From Eledone cirrhosa (lineage: Eukaryota): DNA of 64,000 bases. The stretch lies in assembly GCA_964016885.1 (NCBI GenBank), contig OZ024741.1, forward strand, positions 195,424,001 through 195,488,000, written 5' to 3'. The notes under the pieces are model-generated. The model was not told the origin of the DNA and searched no databases. It saw only the letters and a program-made list of their open reading frames with translations. This document shows, one piece after another, positions 25,293 through 39,264 of the stretch (position 1 is its first letter; each line of letters begins with the position of its first letter). The position numbers were made by a program, and so were the translations under genes.

Positions 25293-26904
25293 TTAATCCC
25301 AGTAGACAGTTTAAACCTTTTGGTAAATAGAGATAAAAAGAATGATACCAGACTAGGAAACACATTCACCGCATTCCGTTCACATTGGAACGAAAATAAA
25401 TGTGTTGGGGTGGAGGGCGTGAGGCGTCAAACGAAGGATAGACGTTAAAAAAACACAACCCTTGTAGTGTGTAACCCATTGACACTTTCTAAAGTCTGTC
25501 TTATCAGGCCGGAGCTTAGCCCGGTTTCCGTCGTGTGGAGCAACTGAGAGTACAAGACCCTCCACTCGACAGGACGCCAGTCCATCGCAGGATTAAATCC
25601 CCAGCTATTGCTGGTACCCATTTTCAGCTGAGCATATGGAGCAACGTGAAATGAAATGCAGTGTTGACTTAATATTCTCTTTCATTTTGATTCTATATTT
25701 TCATATGAAATATTTATGAAATTAAATAATAGATATGTGTGTGTACCTGTTGATTTTTGTCAGCTATGGCATTTGTGTTTGTAATTTCAAGCTATCTATA
25801 TTGTCAACATATTTGTTTGGGGGGAAATGTGAACTTGGCTATAATGTAATTTCATGTATATATTTATTTTGATATAATAAAACAATCTAAAAGAGAGATG
25901 TTTATTGGTTGGTTAGTTGGCTGGCTGGTTGATTGGTTAAATCACACGAAAACTACACACACACATCTAAAGAGAGAGAGAGAGAGACACAGAGGGGAGA
26001 CAGAAAGAGAGATAGACCGTTATACATAGAGGGATACAATCAAAGTGTTGGATATTTAGAGAGAGAGAGAGAGTAACGTCCCACAAAAGTCTAGAAACGG
26101 CCTTATAGATCAAAGGATCTATAAGGAAGGTTAAACAATATTGCGTTAGCTTTTATAAAGTCGTTTTACAGTCTTTGATTTTACAGAACAAAGAAAAATT
26201 GATACTATTTGAAATTAATCTACCCTCCAGCTTTTATCCATATATACTACTTACAGTCCATACTAACGAAGCTAAACACTTCAGAAGCAATGTTATGCGC
26301 TGTATTGTTGTGTTTCAGATGACGTCCTTTGGACCTGAAAAAAATCATACTGACTATGGTTATTTCACATTTAAAATACTAGGCCAATACGATCATTTAA
26401 TCGGCAGTTTACTCCCCCAGCCTAATAAGGAAGTTTTATGATTGTTTTGTATCACTCCAGAAAGTTAGTAACGTTCCATTGTTCATAAAACTACATGTAT
26501 ATACGAGGAGGGAGGGGTAGCATAGTTCTCAAGATTGACTCTTCATCGAATGAGTCAGTGTCATTCGATAACACTGCCTCTGTGGGAAATTATGCATGAC
26601 TGGGTAAAAACCGACAGTCTTCCACAAAGTGTTGTTTACAGTCAGCAAAACATGTTGTTTACTTCATTGAGGTTTACTGATTGACGTAATGCCCTCCATA
26701 CCAAGTCATTTATGGATTGCGGTGAATGCGGTGAGGGGGGGGGGGGGGGGCGAAAAAACAAATCAAAACTTCCTAGTTTCAAATTCAAATAGACATATGT
26801 GTCAAATTTATAGAACAAACCCATCGATTTCAATGGGTAATAGTTATTTTCCTCGTTTTCTTTTTTTTTTTTTATTTTGTGTGTGCTATCAATATATATA
26901 TATA

Positions 26905-27222
26905 TACAATATATTAACAAATGGAAACTATATTTATAAAACCATATTTATTTCATTATACATATTTCAAGGGCCACCAAGGCAAACTATGGTGCGCTTT
27001 CATCAGATAAAATATAATATAGGTTAGTTTTATAAATAAATATTGATATACCCTTAAAAAATGCAACCATTCTGGTTGGAATCTCCTGGATAAATATAGT
27101 TTTATAAATATAGTTTCCATGTGTTAATATATTGTATATTTACTCCAATATCTGTTGAGTGCTTTATATCAACTATAAAAATATTTTGCTTGTTGTATCC
27201 CAACAAATTAAATATAACCTCT
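26905..27222. mobile_element. pLTR foldback element, same family as 38745-39192
   Basis: Inverted arms 26905-26941 and 27099-27137; strong similarity to the 38.7-39.2 kb element. Confidence 0.8.
26950..27013 (-). ncRNA. Minimal type I hammerhead ribozyme
   Basis: attttat-CTGATGA-stem II-GAAA-tatgta-TA-atgaaat on the minus strand. Confidence 0.7.
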
Positions 27223-27312
27223 ACACACACACACATGTATATATATATATATGTGTATATATACAAATTTGGAAAAATGGATGTTAAACAGTGATGATGA
27301 TGATGACGATAT

Positions 27313-27347
<35 letters not shown>

Positions 27348-27586
27348 CACAGTAAATATTAGCGAAGGCCATATGAAGTTGGACATAAATTTATTCAGCT
27401 ATTTATTCAATTTATTCATCTCTGAGGTTGATGATTAGGTGGTGTAGTTTCCATGTAACAGTCAGCCGGAGTTCATCAGATAGCATTCAGAGATAAAGAC
27501 AAGCAACTTCTAAAGTTTATTGATGGCCACCATAGAGCCTGTTCTCAATTTGCTGGCTGGATATATATATATATATATATATATAT

Positions 27587-27765
27587 AACAAAGGAATAGT
27601 GGTAAGGAACCAGATGGACCATAACGCACCAGAGTACTCAATACTTAGGGTAGTAGAGTGGGAAATAGAAAAAAGTATGACCCCAACGGCAGAGCTCAAG
27701 CCGTTTCGACGGCTATTTCTGGACTAAATTAGAATGTTTAGCCGGATGAATAAATAGCTGAACTT
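27587..27765 (-). mobile_element. pLTR-like repeat with the 3' half of a hammerhead (same family as 56557-56757)
   Basis: GAAA-cggc..gccg-TT-ggggtc on the minus strand; about 130 bp shared with 56557-56686. Confidence 0.6.
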
Positions 27766-28519
27766 GTCAAGCGTGTACTTCCTTATATGGGAAGATTGTA
27801 GTTGTCAAGAGGATTGGTTAAAATTTGTTGTAAACACAAATAAGTCTATCATGGCATTTGGTGGGTGGTAGGGGTGGCTGAACTTGCCTGTAGAACAATA
27901 GAGGTGTGATATGTATACAGCAGATTCTAAGGATAGTGTATGAAATGGAGGAGGGAGGTTATAGAATAGGTACTTCGAATGAGAGTAGGAGACAATAAAA
28001 GATGATAGAAAGAAATAAAAAAATATATAAAATTAGATAGTGAGAAATGAATAAAAAAAAATCACAATGCTATCTTACAATTACAGGTTAATAAGTTGAG
28101 AATAGAAAAGAATTGTAGAAATGGAGTAGTAACAAAACTGATACAAAATTAAGGGGGTCTAACACATCTGCTATAAGTAGTTAGTAAAACGTATTCGGCC
28201 AATTCTATCTTAAAATTACAGGGGTGGGGGAACTGAAGCTTCAGAGGCCCGATGGGCTGCATCGGGGTAGGCGAAAGGGGAAAAGCAGACGAAGAAGAAA
28301 ATAGAGGGTGGAAGGAAGTGATAGGATGAGACAGGGGGAAGAAGGAGACAAAGAGGAAAAGAAAAGAGATACATCTACCTTTGTAAGCTGGGGTTTCCCC
28401 TAACTTATTCGGCAAGTGGGGGGGTATCAGCCCTTGTCTACTCACCCGGGTTGTTATGGGGTTTGAGGGCGAGGTAATTCCTACGCAATCTGTGTTTACA
28501 TGCGGTTACCAGTTCATCT

Positions 28520-28700
28520 TTCTTGTTTAGGAGTTGGTCCTTCGAAAACAGCATTTGTAACAACAACAAATGCCGAGAACGTAACGTGATCTACCAGTGG
28601 AACAAGAGGACGGACACCTCCAACAAAGCTTATATAGGATTAACCGCGTGTGACTTCAAGACCCGGCGCTACTCTTTCGGGCCACATCTGGGACCTCCAA
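28520..28700 (+). mobile_element. Penelope-like GIY-YIG endonuclease fragment
   Basis: CRERNVIYQ..KAYIGLTACDFKTR. Confidence 0.65.
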
Positions 28701-30153
28701 GATATTAATATAACCTACAATCTCACTTGGAGCTTACTTTAGAGACATTTAAATTAATGCTTTCTCACAAAAATGTTCACTGAATAATGTAAAAATTAGT
28801 ATATGTTGTTAGGAATTGAGGAAGAGGCAGACCCAGGAAGACATAGGATGAGGTTGTGAAAACTTACCTTAAAAAAATAAACCTCACAACAGAAATGACT
28901 AAAGATTGTGAGAGTTAGCGCTACACCGTGCTGAGGAACAGTCCTGAACATCAACTACATACAGAGTCTTCCATTTCTGTTAGTCTGCCTGTTATCCCAC
29001 TACACCTCTTGTGTACCCAAGATTTACATTTATATAGAGTTTATACCTACTATACAAAGATTTAGTTTGTATAGAGTTTATACCTACTCCTTTTCTTCAT
29101 ATCAAGCAAGGCCACTTCCCTGATGAGATTAGTGTCCTATCTTCTTTCCTACTTAACATTTTGGTTTTTGCTAAATTTATTCTCAGCCCTTTTTATTCTA
29201 AGTTCTGTTATCACAACCTGAATTTATTCTCTAGTTCATAATAACCATATCCACTTGCAACAAGTTCCAAACATATACCAATGTTGAATGGTTCTTGTGT
29301 TGCCTAAAACTCCATGCCTTCTATGACACACTATCAACATCAACCCAAACAGACTGCTTCATGAGTTTTGGTTGCCAGTCATCATGCTGATGCCTAGTTC
29401 CGGCCAGTTGAGCTTACTCAACTATTTCCTAGATACCTGCCACTGTACCTAGAACTGCTTCAATTTCAATGAACGTTCTCATTGCATAAACGTCACCCAA
29501 TCTGAGCTCTCCACATTCAGCAGCCTATGGCATGTTTATGACACTATCATAAACCCACCAATAAAAGTGGCACGGTGGTGGCATGGAGCTTCATCTAGTG
29601 TGGATAGCCCCCACCCACCCACCCACCCAACTTCATCCAAGCTACCCTCACCTGTGCCCATAACGTTGACCACAGCCCTCTAACACCATGACTGCCCTAC
29701 CCCACCTTTTCCCTTTTCCCTCACTAGCCATCCCTCTACCTTACCCCCCCCCCCCCCCACAGTTCTGTATCCTCCTTTACTTCCTAACCTTACTTTCATA
29801 TCCAGACACTTCTCATTTCTTTCTTAACCAACCTATCTTCACCTTTGAGTGCCTGTAATCTCTGTGACCCACTTGTGCATAGTTCTTTATGTTCCTTATG
29901 TGAGTCAATATACATTTGACCCACTGGTTCTCATCTGGCAGATCGATTCACAGGGCACCTGAGAGACATATGACTTCCATTTTCCCAATCACTCAAACCA
30001 ACACCACTCTGTTTCCAGCATCATTTTACACTATCAAGTCGCAGTCACTTGCTCCAGGAATGAGTAGAACTTGATTTCCTGAATGGCCTCAATTCCCTCA
30101 CCCACAGTTTCTATAACCTCCATTTATCCTTGCACACACACACACACACACAT

Positions 30154-30335
30154 TATTGGCAGTATCGGTAGAGGGTTGGACGCCATGCTTTCTAGCATAG
30201 TTACATCCCTTGCCATTCTGAGTTCAAATCCCGCTGAGGTTAACTTTGCCTTTCATCCTTACGGGGTCGATAAAATAAAGTACCAGTAATGTACTGGGTA
30301 ATTGCTGGCCTTGTGCCTAAAGTAGAAACAATTAT
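30154..30335 (+). mobile_element. SINE family A copy
   Basis: Full core match. Confidence 0.85.
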
Positions 30336-31299
30336 TTTTCTAGATCATAAAAGGATATTAAGAGTTAAAATATTTAGGTGGCAGCCAAATGAAACAACCA
30401 CTCCCCAAATTTATATATCTGACATAGAAGAATATGTGTCTATGTCAAAACATAACGTTTTCGTGACTGAGTAGTTTACTTTGCTGTAACAGTAACTAAT
30501 GAACTGCATTCTTATATTGACACAGTGAAACAACATTGGTATAATAATACAACATTGTAGAAGGCAGAATAGAAACAATTAAATAAAGTTTAGTACTCAA
30601 TTGCTGGTTACTTTATTGACCCCAATTATCAACACCATCAGTAGCAGCAGTATTATCATCCCCATCACCTCCTCTTACTTCTCTTCCTCCTCCTCCTCTA
30701 CCTCATCATCATCATCATCATCATCATCATCCCCTTTATTTAATGTCTACTTTTCCTACTTGTACTGGTTAGATAGGTTGTTATGTACTGGGCTAGACTG
30801 TCAGGCGACTATGTTTTGTTTATACCCTCCATATTTGGCTTGGTTTTTATGGCTGGATGCCCTTCCTAATGCTAACCACTTTACAGTGTGTACTAGGAAC
30901 ATTTTATCGTGATTCCAACACTACCACCTTATAGGGTGGACAAGGTACTTTTTGTCATGACAGTAGCACTACCACATAACAGAGTGAGGAGGGTGTATTT
31001 TTATCATGGCACTAGCACTGAGGAGGCATTAATGGGAGGGGGTGTCATACCATAATGGGCAGGGAAGCATTGAGTCATAAAGACAATCAGTTGGGACTAG
31101 CGATATATTTTGAAGCATACTTAGCTTTCCATGCTGGTATGGGTTGGATTAGGAAAGTGAATGAGGGATGTAGAGAGTAATAGGGATCACTGGGATGAAA
31201 AACAAAGTGATTCCTGTTATCTTTGAAAACAGGAAGTAGAACTATGAAACAAGACACTCTCAGACATTCTAATCTGCTGATCCTTTCCTTCCAGTAGGT

Positions 31300-31645
31300 T
31301 CATCATCATCATCATCATTTCATTTTACGTCCGCTTTTCCCTGCTTGCAAGGGTGGGACGGAAACTGATTCTGGCTTGATTTCTACAGCTGGATGCCCTT
31401 CCTAACACCAACCTCATTTACAGTGAGTACTGGCTGCTTTTTTGCCGTGGCACATCCACGACCACTTTGCAGTGGAATGATATGAACCCCAGTCCCTATC
31501 ATCTCATTTCTACAGCTGAGTAAACTGGAGCAATGTGAAATAAAGTGTCTTGCTCAAGGAAACAACACATCACCCGGTCTGAGAATTGAACTCACAACCT
31601 TTCGATTGCAAGGCCAATGCTCTAACCACTGAGCCATGTGCCTCC
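31300..31645 (-). mobile_element. tRNA-derived SINE (family B, CORE-like middle, RTE-like 3' tail)
   Basis: Box A tggctcagtgg and box B gagttcaatt; ccttgagcaagacact core; tail aggaagggcatccagctgtagaaa..(TGA)n. Confidence 0.88.
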
Positions 31646-31868
31646 TATATTAAGACTATCTAGAATGCCTTTTTAAGTAATCAAATCACTTTAGCTTAAC
31701 TATTAACATCTTGTACAACATGTGAGACATTTTTGAAAAATGCAAAACAGAATTATGACTGAATCACATTAAAAATTGAAGTTTTAGTTCACTGCAAATT
31801 TCCACATAAGGTTAATGATCTATTCACTAATAAAGATATGAACATTTGAATTAACAAACCTATTTTAA

Positions 31869-32078
31869 CCCTTTAATATTTACATTACTCTATATATGCT
31901 ATTGTATTTTTGTGGTAAAGGCTTTATCTATATAATTATCTCACATAATATAGAATCTGCGAGATTTTGATGTTATTTATTTTGAAAACAATACCTTTAA
32001 GTCGGTATGAGGGGCTGGTTTGAACAGAAAGTGGTGAGACAATTCTGGCTGGATATAGCTGGTTTAAATGCTAAAGGG
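31869..32078. mobile_element. piggyBac-type MITE
   Basis: TTAA|cccttta..taaaggg|TTAA; reverse orientation relative to 57624-57851. Confidence 0.8.
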
Positions 32079-33007
32079 TTAAGTCATTTTCTGTTAAATC
32101 ATTACAGGATATAAAGAACAAAGAAATACCATTGGCATATTTTGTTTCATATGTTAATTTCACAGAAACTAACAGAGATGCAAAATACAACTTTAAATTT
32201 GCATTTACAATTGCAATGAGTGGAGAAATGCTGTGCTGAAATGAACCCATTGAACCCAATGAGGATGATGATGATGGTGATGAAAATAGGGGGGGGGGGG
32301 AATACTTAAAAATAAAGAGCAAATGAGAATCAGTTAAATTGAGATTTTAAATTTGTAGGACTGGATTAAGATATAAAATATACATACAACAACAACAACA
32401 ATAATAACTTAGGATTGAAACCAAATCATTGACTGGATTCAATAAGCTAATAAGTGCAACAATACCATATTTAATAATTATAAAGACAACAGCTCTTTTT
32501 TCATAATAATAACCTCGATGTCCATCAAAGTTATTTTTGTGCCTTTATTCATTTCTATATGAAAATCTATATCTTCAAAGGACTTCGACTACGAAATTTG
32601 CAATAATTACCCATTTTCCTACATGATAGATACTTTGATTAGATTTATGGTGAATAATTTGATCACTTTACAAAAGTGTTGGTTTCTGAAACCATGACTA
32701 CACTTAAAGACCGAGTAAAATGGACTAGAAGTAGCAAAGTAAAGCTGTTGTCTAGACAACAAGCTGCTTCTATTGAAAGATAGTATACTGCGATAATACA
32801 CAGGAACCATCCATTGTGCTTTTATAATTATACTGTAATGATGCTAGCGGCAGAGAGTGTATATCATAGGATTAAGGAGATTTAGACTGTACGTCAGCAG
32901 AGAAAGTTGATATTGAAATAGATTGTTCACATATATCAATAAGATGTCAAAACAATGAATGATGTCAGCTAGTTCAAAAGACTATATTTAGCCATGTTTC
33001 TCTTCCT

Positions 33008-34813
33008 GTGACCAGTCTTATAGAAACACAGGTCTCCACACATTACAGATCCATGGAACACTGCCATCGACAGCTACCAGCTTGCATGCTTACAAGGACA
33101 GATTCACACTTTACTGAAGATGTGGTTAATACCTTCACGTATTGGCAGGCTTTAAGCTGGATTGAAGAGAAGCAAATCTTTTTGAAAATATTCATTGATT
33201 TACTCAAAATCTATCCAAGAATTATTCAAGAAAAAGCTTATGATTCTCTCTGGAATTTTATTCTTCCATTATTACCAAATTCTGCTGCAGATTTAGCTCC
33301 GCTGGATACAGTCTCACCTCTTCATATGCAAATTTCTTCACCAGCCTCATCCCCAGATTCTCCGACATGTTTAAATAGTTTTTTAATTAGTGCCAACCAA
33401 GAGATAAGAAGTGACAAGAACTTCCCCTTAGAACAAATTGCTGTCAAGACATCTGATTATATTTCCCCAAAAAAGGGCCAATTCAGAAGAAAGAAAAAGA
33501 GCACAAAAATCCCCAAAATACCATCAATTTTTATCTCATCTGTTCCTACTGCATCTCACTTGGAAGGCAAGAAATTACCCAGGGCAGACATTGTTTATGC
33601 AAATAAAGTCTTTGTATGCCGGGATCCAAATAACATCAAAGATATTATGAGTTCTGCTGTCTTAGGTTCTGTATCTGCTGTTACATTTCTCCATTGTATG
33701 GTTCCAACTTTACAATTAGCAAACAACATAATCACAGAATGTAATGCTTTCATATTCATTTTTAGTGAATCAACGATTTCTTCTAGTGAATGTCTTTCAC
33801 AACTTAAACAGGCTCTTGACTACCAATTGCCAATTATTTTTGTGCGATATCCAGACTTTCAGCTTCCATGTAACATCAAAGAGATTATTACCAAATGTTG
33901 TGAATCAATGGATAATCTAAACCAATACCTTTCAGTAAGAAGGCGAAGTTTTATTATTTCAAATTCTTTGAAGAATAACCCAAATTCAAGTGACATTGGT
34001 TGTTTGTCTGACAGAGAAATGTCATCTACTTCTCCTTTACTAAACCACCGAAAAAACAATAAAAAATCACCTCCTCTGCTTAGTTCTGCAAATAAAAAAT
34101 CTGAAATCTTAAAAAAAACTGTTCATAATGTGATAAATGCCTTACAAAATGGTTATAAACAATCGCATTTGTACTCTTATAAATTACATGTCAGTTGTAT
34201 TTCACAAATTATAGATTCTATATCTCGTATACTTAAAGCACCAATATCTTATGATACTGCATATTTCCAACAGACCAAAAAATACCTTTGCAGGAAAGCA
34301 TCTCATCATTCAAAGAATACTTCACCAATCAATAAGAAAATAGTAAAACCAAAGAACACATCAACAGAAAAACCAACTGATGACTGTAGCCAAATTCTCA
34401 TAGATCCACAATTTTCAAATTCAAATCTAACAGCCAAATGTTCAATCCATCAGAAAAACAGTGACAATAATGTAACAGCTTCCTCATTCTCTACCTCTCT
34501 AAAATTAGAGAAAAATATAAATCAGGTAACTAGTACAGTAATGGATGATGGACATTGTAATAATCCACATTTGCCTCCATTTAATGAAGCTTCTTCCATA
34601 AAAGAAACTTCCTTTATTGTTTTTCCAAAAACAAGTTCCCAACTTGACCAAAAACCAGTTGTAGTTAAATGGCCACCACCATGGAATAGTCTTGATTTAG
34701 AGAATGCAACAAATATACCAAGAGATGAAACAGAATCTCAGATTTCTAACAATTTTGTTGATCTGGACCTAACTAAAGAATTTAATCCATATTCAGATGA
34801 TGATTTTTTTTGA
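33008..34813 (+). CDS. Probable host coding exon, uncharacterised protein with TIR-like segments
   Basis: 1.8 kb stop-free, non-repetitive frame, open from 32963. First ATG at 33053 (tccATGG); possible acceptor tatttag at 32991. TIR-like ITECNAFIFIFSESTISSSECLSQLKQALDYQLPIIFVR. aataaa near 35150. True start unknown. Confidence 0.75.
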   Translation: MTSLIETQVSTHYRSMEHCHRQLPACMLTRTDSHFTEDVVNTFTYWQALSWIEEKQIFLKIFIDLLKIYPRIIQEKAYDSLWNFILPLLPNSAADLAPLDTVSPLHMQISSPASSPDSPTCLNSFLISANQEIRSDKNFPLEQIAVKTSDYISPKKGQFRRKKKSTKIPKIPSIFISSVPTASHLEGKKLPRADIVYANKVFVCRDPNNIKDIMSSAVLGSVSAVTFLHCMVPTLQLANNIITECNAFIFIFSESTISSSECLSQLKQALDYQLPIIFVRYPDFQLPCNIKEIITKCCESMDNLNQYLSVRRRSFIISNSLKNNPNSSDIGCLSDREMSSTSPLLNHRKNNKKSPPLLSSANKKSEILKKTVHNVINALQNGYKQSHLYSYKLHVSCISQIIDSISRILKAPISYDTAYFQQTKKYLCRKASHHSKNTSPINKKIVKPKNTSTEKPTDDCSQILIDPQFSNSNLTAKCSIHQKNSDNNVTASSFSTSLKLEKNINQVTSTVMDDGHCNNPHLPPFNEASSIKETSFIVFPKTSSQLDQKPVVVKWPPPWNSLDLENATNIPRDETESQISNNFVDLDLTKEFNPYSDDDFF

Positions 34814-34889
34814 GGAAACGCTAAAAAATATTGTAAAGAATGCTATGGACCAGCTACCTTGAGACATTAAGTTAATTCATGTATATACA

Positions 34890-35707
<818 letters not shown>

Positions 35708-36660
35708 TGCAACCCGATTTCGAGTAATGTCATCGCTTGTTACTTAAGCATGAGCATCATGGACATAGCTATTTAGGCCTGCTGGGGACTTGTCTAGGAC
35801 CAGCAATATCAGGCATCGCAAAAAAATGTCACATATCCAGCCATGCCTGGGCTTGAAGATGTTTTAAGTGAGGAAAGGCTTTGCACAGGGCCAATCCCAC
35901 TCTCTGAACATCAAATTTATTTACCCAAAAAGAAGAACTGGTCTACATCATTGGATGCAAACAAAGTCACAGGTTTTATATCAGAGTGACCTTCACCTAG
36001 AGCGATGTCATAATCAGTCTCTTTTTCCACAAAAAAAAAAATACTTTAATAGATGGCCGTTGACTTTCCTGAGTTCCTCCGCTCTTTGCGGATACATACA
36101 TACTACATACATACATACATATATGTACATATATATAGAGAGAGATTGAGAGTTACTAGTTTCGATTAGTAAGACTATGTTCATCTAAGTCCCTGATCCT
36201 TGGGAAATTACGGTGTATGTATAATGAAAAGATAGTTCCTGTTGGCTGAGCTCACGATATTTCAATATATATATAAGTATATATAAATGACTGACTGAAT
36301 ATGTACGTTTTTTTCTCAATTTCTTTTCCGTCCCCTTCTCTTATCACTCTCTATCTTTCTATTTTATCTTTTACTTCTCTTTCTATCTTGTGTCCAAAAC
36401 TTTAAGACTCTTTTCCTATTATTTTAAGTGTTAAACTAATACATTTCTTTATTGCACTGTGTCATTTGCTTTGTTATCTCTGTTTACTTTTTACATTTAT
36501 ACATACACACACACAATATATCAAAATACAGTTCTGTTTGAGCATGGTACGATGCAGCCACCTGGCCAGAATTGTCTCATAACGTGGATTATGCGTTTAA
36601 CCCACGCAAGTGAGGAAAAAATAGACATTAAACGGTGATGATGATGATGATGATATATAT

Positions 36661-36750
<90 letters not shown>

Positions 36751-37058
36751 GTCAGTAGCACCAAGACAGCATGAAATATTCAGAGAAAAACAGAGAAAAA
36801 TAATTTTTTTTCATTACAGATAATTTTTTCTTTGATAGTGAGTTACCCATATGTTTTTTGTATATAAACTTTTACTATATGTTTATATATGTTTCATATA
36901 CTACACCTCTCTCTATATATATATATGTGTGTGTGTGTGCGAAAATGAAGTCCAAACCCTAATATGAAATATAAGGTAAAAATTTTAACTATTACGTTTT
37001 AGCTTTCACTTCTGTAATTCTAATTTGCATTGTTCCAGCAATTGATAACATTCATATA

Positions 37059-37109
<51 letters not shown>

Positions 37110-37470
37110 ATATATATACATAGACACACATATAAATGTTTGTGTGCTTAAATATTCAATAAATAGTATGAAGATTTATGTTGGTTTCTATATGTTTGTA
37201 TATATATATATATATATATACACATTTCCTTATAACCAGAAATATATTTTGCCTATCTAATTTAGTATCAGTCAATCTAACTACCTATCTGCCAATTTTT
37301 CTATCACTATACATATGCCTACATATGTACATGTACACACATACACACATACATATATACATACATATGTACACACATACACACTATACATAGATATGTA
37401 CATTCATATATACATACATACATACATACATACATACATACATACATACATACATACATACATACATACA

Positions 37471-37734
37471 GTATCCAAGATACCCCTTTAGCTTCATACC
37501 CATCATTATTGGAGCTACGGGTTATATACCAACCCGCTTGGACCAAAGTATGACTGAACTTGGATTTGCGGACAAAGAGCGCAGCTCCCTAATTCATAGT
37601 CTACAAATGGTACCTTCAAAATTTGCAAAACATTCTTGCGATTCGAGGGATGACAATTTCTTTTCTTTTACAACCTTGCCAACAGGAAGGTGGCCAGTCA
37701 AAAAAATATACTCGAAATTAAGAGAAAGAGATAA
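37471..37734 (+). mobile_element. 3' fragment of an R4-clade element inserted in (CATA)n
   Basis: FIPIIIGATGY..KICKTFLRF; 3' UTR shared with 56355-56465; (CATA)n on both sides. Confidence 0.8.
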
Positions 37735-38003
37735 CATATATACATACATACATACGTACATTCATATATATATATACATACATACGTACATTCATATATA
37801 TATATACATACATAGTACATTCATATATATATATATATATCTTCATTATCATTGTCATTTTAATGTCTGTTTACTCTGCTAGCGAGGGTTGGACTTATAT
37901 ATATTTATTTATTTATATCATATATTTATACACGTGTATGTATATTATTTATATGTCCCTCCACACATACATATATATATATATACTTATGCCTTCATAT
38001 AAT

Positions 38004-38337
38004 GAAGGCATATGGCTTAGTGGTTAGAGCATTGGTCTTGCAATCGAAAGGTTGTGGGTTCAATTCTCAGACCGGGTGATGTGTTGTTTCCTTGAGCAAG
38101 ACACTTTATTTCACATTGCTCCAGTTTACTCAGCTGTAGAAATGAGATGATAGGGACTGGGGTCCCTATCATTCCACTGCAAAGTGGTCATGGAGGTGCC
38201 ACACCCAGCACTCACTGTAAATGAGGTTGGTGTTAAGAAGCGCATCCAGCTGTAGAAATCAAGCCAGAATCAGTTCCCGTCCCACCCTTGCAAGAAGGGA
38301 AAAAGTGGACGTAAAATGAAATGATGAATGATGATGA
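38004..38337 (+). mobile_element. SINE family B copy
   Basis: Near-identical to 42770-43115. Confidence 0.88.
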
Positions 38338-38450
38338 TATACATATACATATATATTTAACGTATTTATATATCAAACCCATGCAAGCGTGGAAGATGGA
38401 TGTTAAACGATGATGATGATGATGATGATGATATATATATATATATATAA

Positions 38451-38725
38451 GAAAATGAGGTTTCACCTTAATGTCTTTATTGATTATACAGAGTAACACC
38501 CATTCCACTGAAGGGTGGCTCAGTTGTTTAACAAGTCTGAATAGTAGATTGGGCTGGAGTTGGTTCTGTAGCATTTACATGAACCCTGAGCCACCCATCT
38601 GTGAAACGGTCATAATTGTGTATAATCAATAAAGACCTTAATGTGAAATCTCATTTTGTTTTCAATATATACAGTACTGATTTTGGTACCTTCCTCAGTA
38701 AACCACGAATCTACTGAACCACTTA
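38451..38725 (+). mobile_element. Foldback element with inverted 40-bp arms and an internal hairpin
   Basis: Arms 38451-38490 and 38618-38657; inner gggtggctcag/ctgagccaccc stem followed by GAAA-cgg-TC. Confidence 0.6.
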
Positions 38726-38744
38726 ATATACATATAAGTATATA

Positions 38745-39192
38745 TATACAATATATTAATAAATGGAAACTATATTTATAAAACCATAATTATTTTATTA
38801 TATATATTTCAAGGGCAACCAAGGTAAATTATGGTGCGCTTTCATCAGATAAAAAAAAATATTGACATACCCGGAAAAAAGACAACCTCAACAGTTGAAA
38901 TTCGCTGTATAGTGAGAATTTCAATACAGCGAATTTCAACCGTTGAGGTTGTCTTTTTTCCGGGTATGTCAATATTTATTTATAAAACAAATCTGTATTT
39001 TATCTGATGAAAGCGCACCATAATTTACCTTGGTTGCTCTTGAAATATATATAATAAAATAATTATGGTTTTATAAATATAGTTTCCATTTATTAATATA
39101 TTGTATATTTACTCCACTAACTTGTTGAGTGCTTTATATCAGTTATAAAAATGTTTAAGCTTGTTGAATCCCAACAAATTAAATATAACCTC
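38745..39192. mobile_element. Palindromic pLTR element carrying two hammerheads
   Basis: About 38745-38910 mirrors about 38920-39108; the right arm has an unpaired tail; flanked by (TA)n. Confidence 0.85.
38997..39060 (+). ncRNA. Minimal type I hammerhead ribozyme (mirror copy on the minus strand at about 38792-38855)
   Basis: Stem I attttat/ataaaat; CTGATGA 39004-10; stem II aagcgcacca..tggttgctctt; GAAA 39042-45; palindromic TATATA; predicted cleavage after A39053. Confidence 0.8.
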
Positions 39193-39264
39193 TGCATATA
39201 TATATATCTATAGATATATAGATAGATAAATATACACGGGTGTGTATGATTGTGTATAGAAGAT

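Noticed and set aside
27445-27716. Circularly permuted (type II) hammerhead formed from CTGATGA at 27473-27479 (-) and the GAAA half at 27700
   Set aside because: Stem I and the first stem II pair do not form, and a (TA)n tract between the halves marks two separate insertions.
29120-29150. CTGATGA motifs at about 29120 and 47031
   Set aside because: No GAAA after a stem II, or no stem II at all.
32620-32990. Upstream extension of the TIR-like ORF
   Set aside because: Stops in all frames examined (e.g. TGA at 32960); no supportable exon without RNA data.
36148-36200. GAAA-ctag-TA hammerhead-like half on the minus strand
   Set aside because: No core or supporting stems found, and no second copy in the window.
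38004-38075. tRNA gene
   Set aside because: tRNA-like head continues into the SINE body in all copies; no complete acceptor stem.
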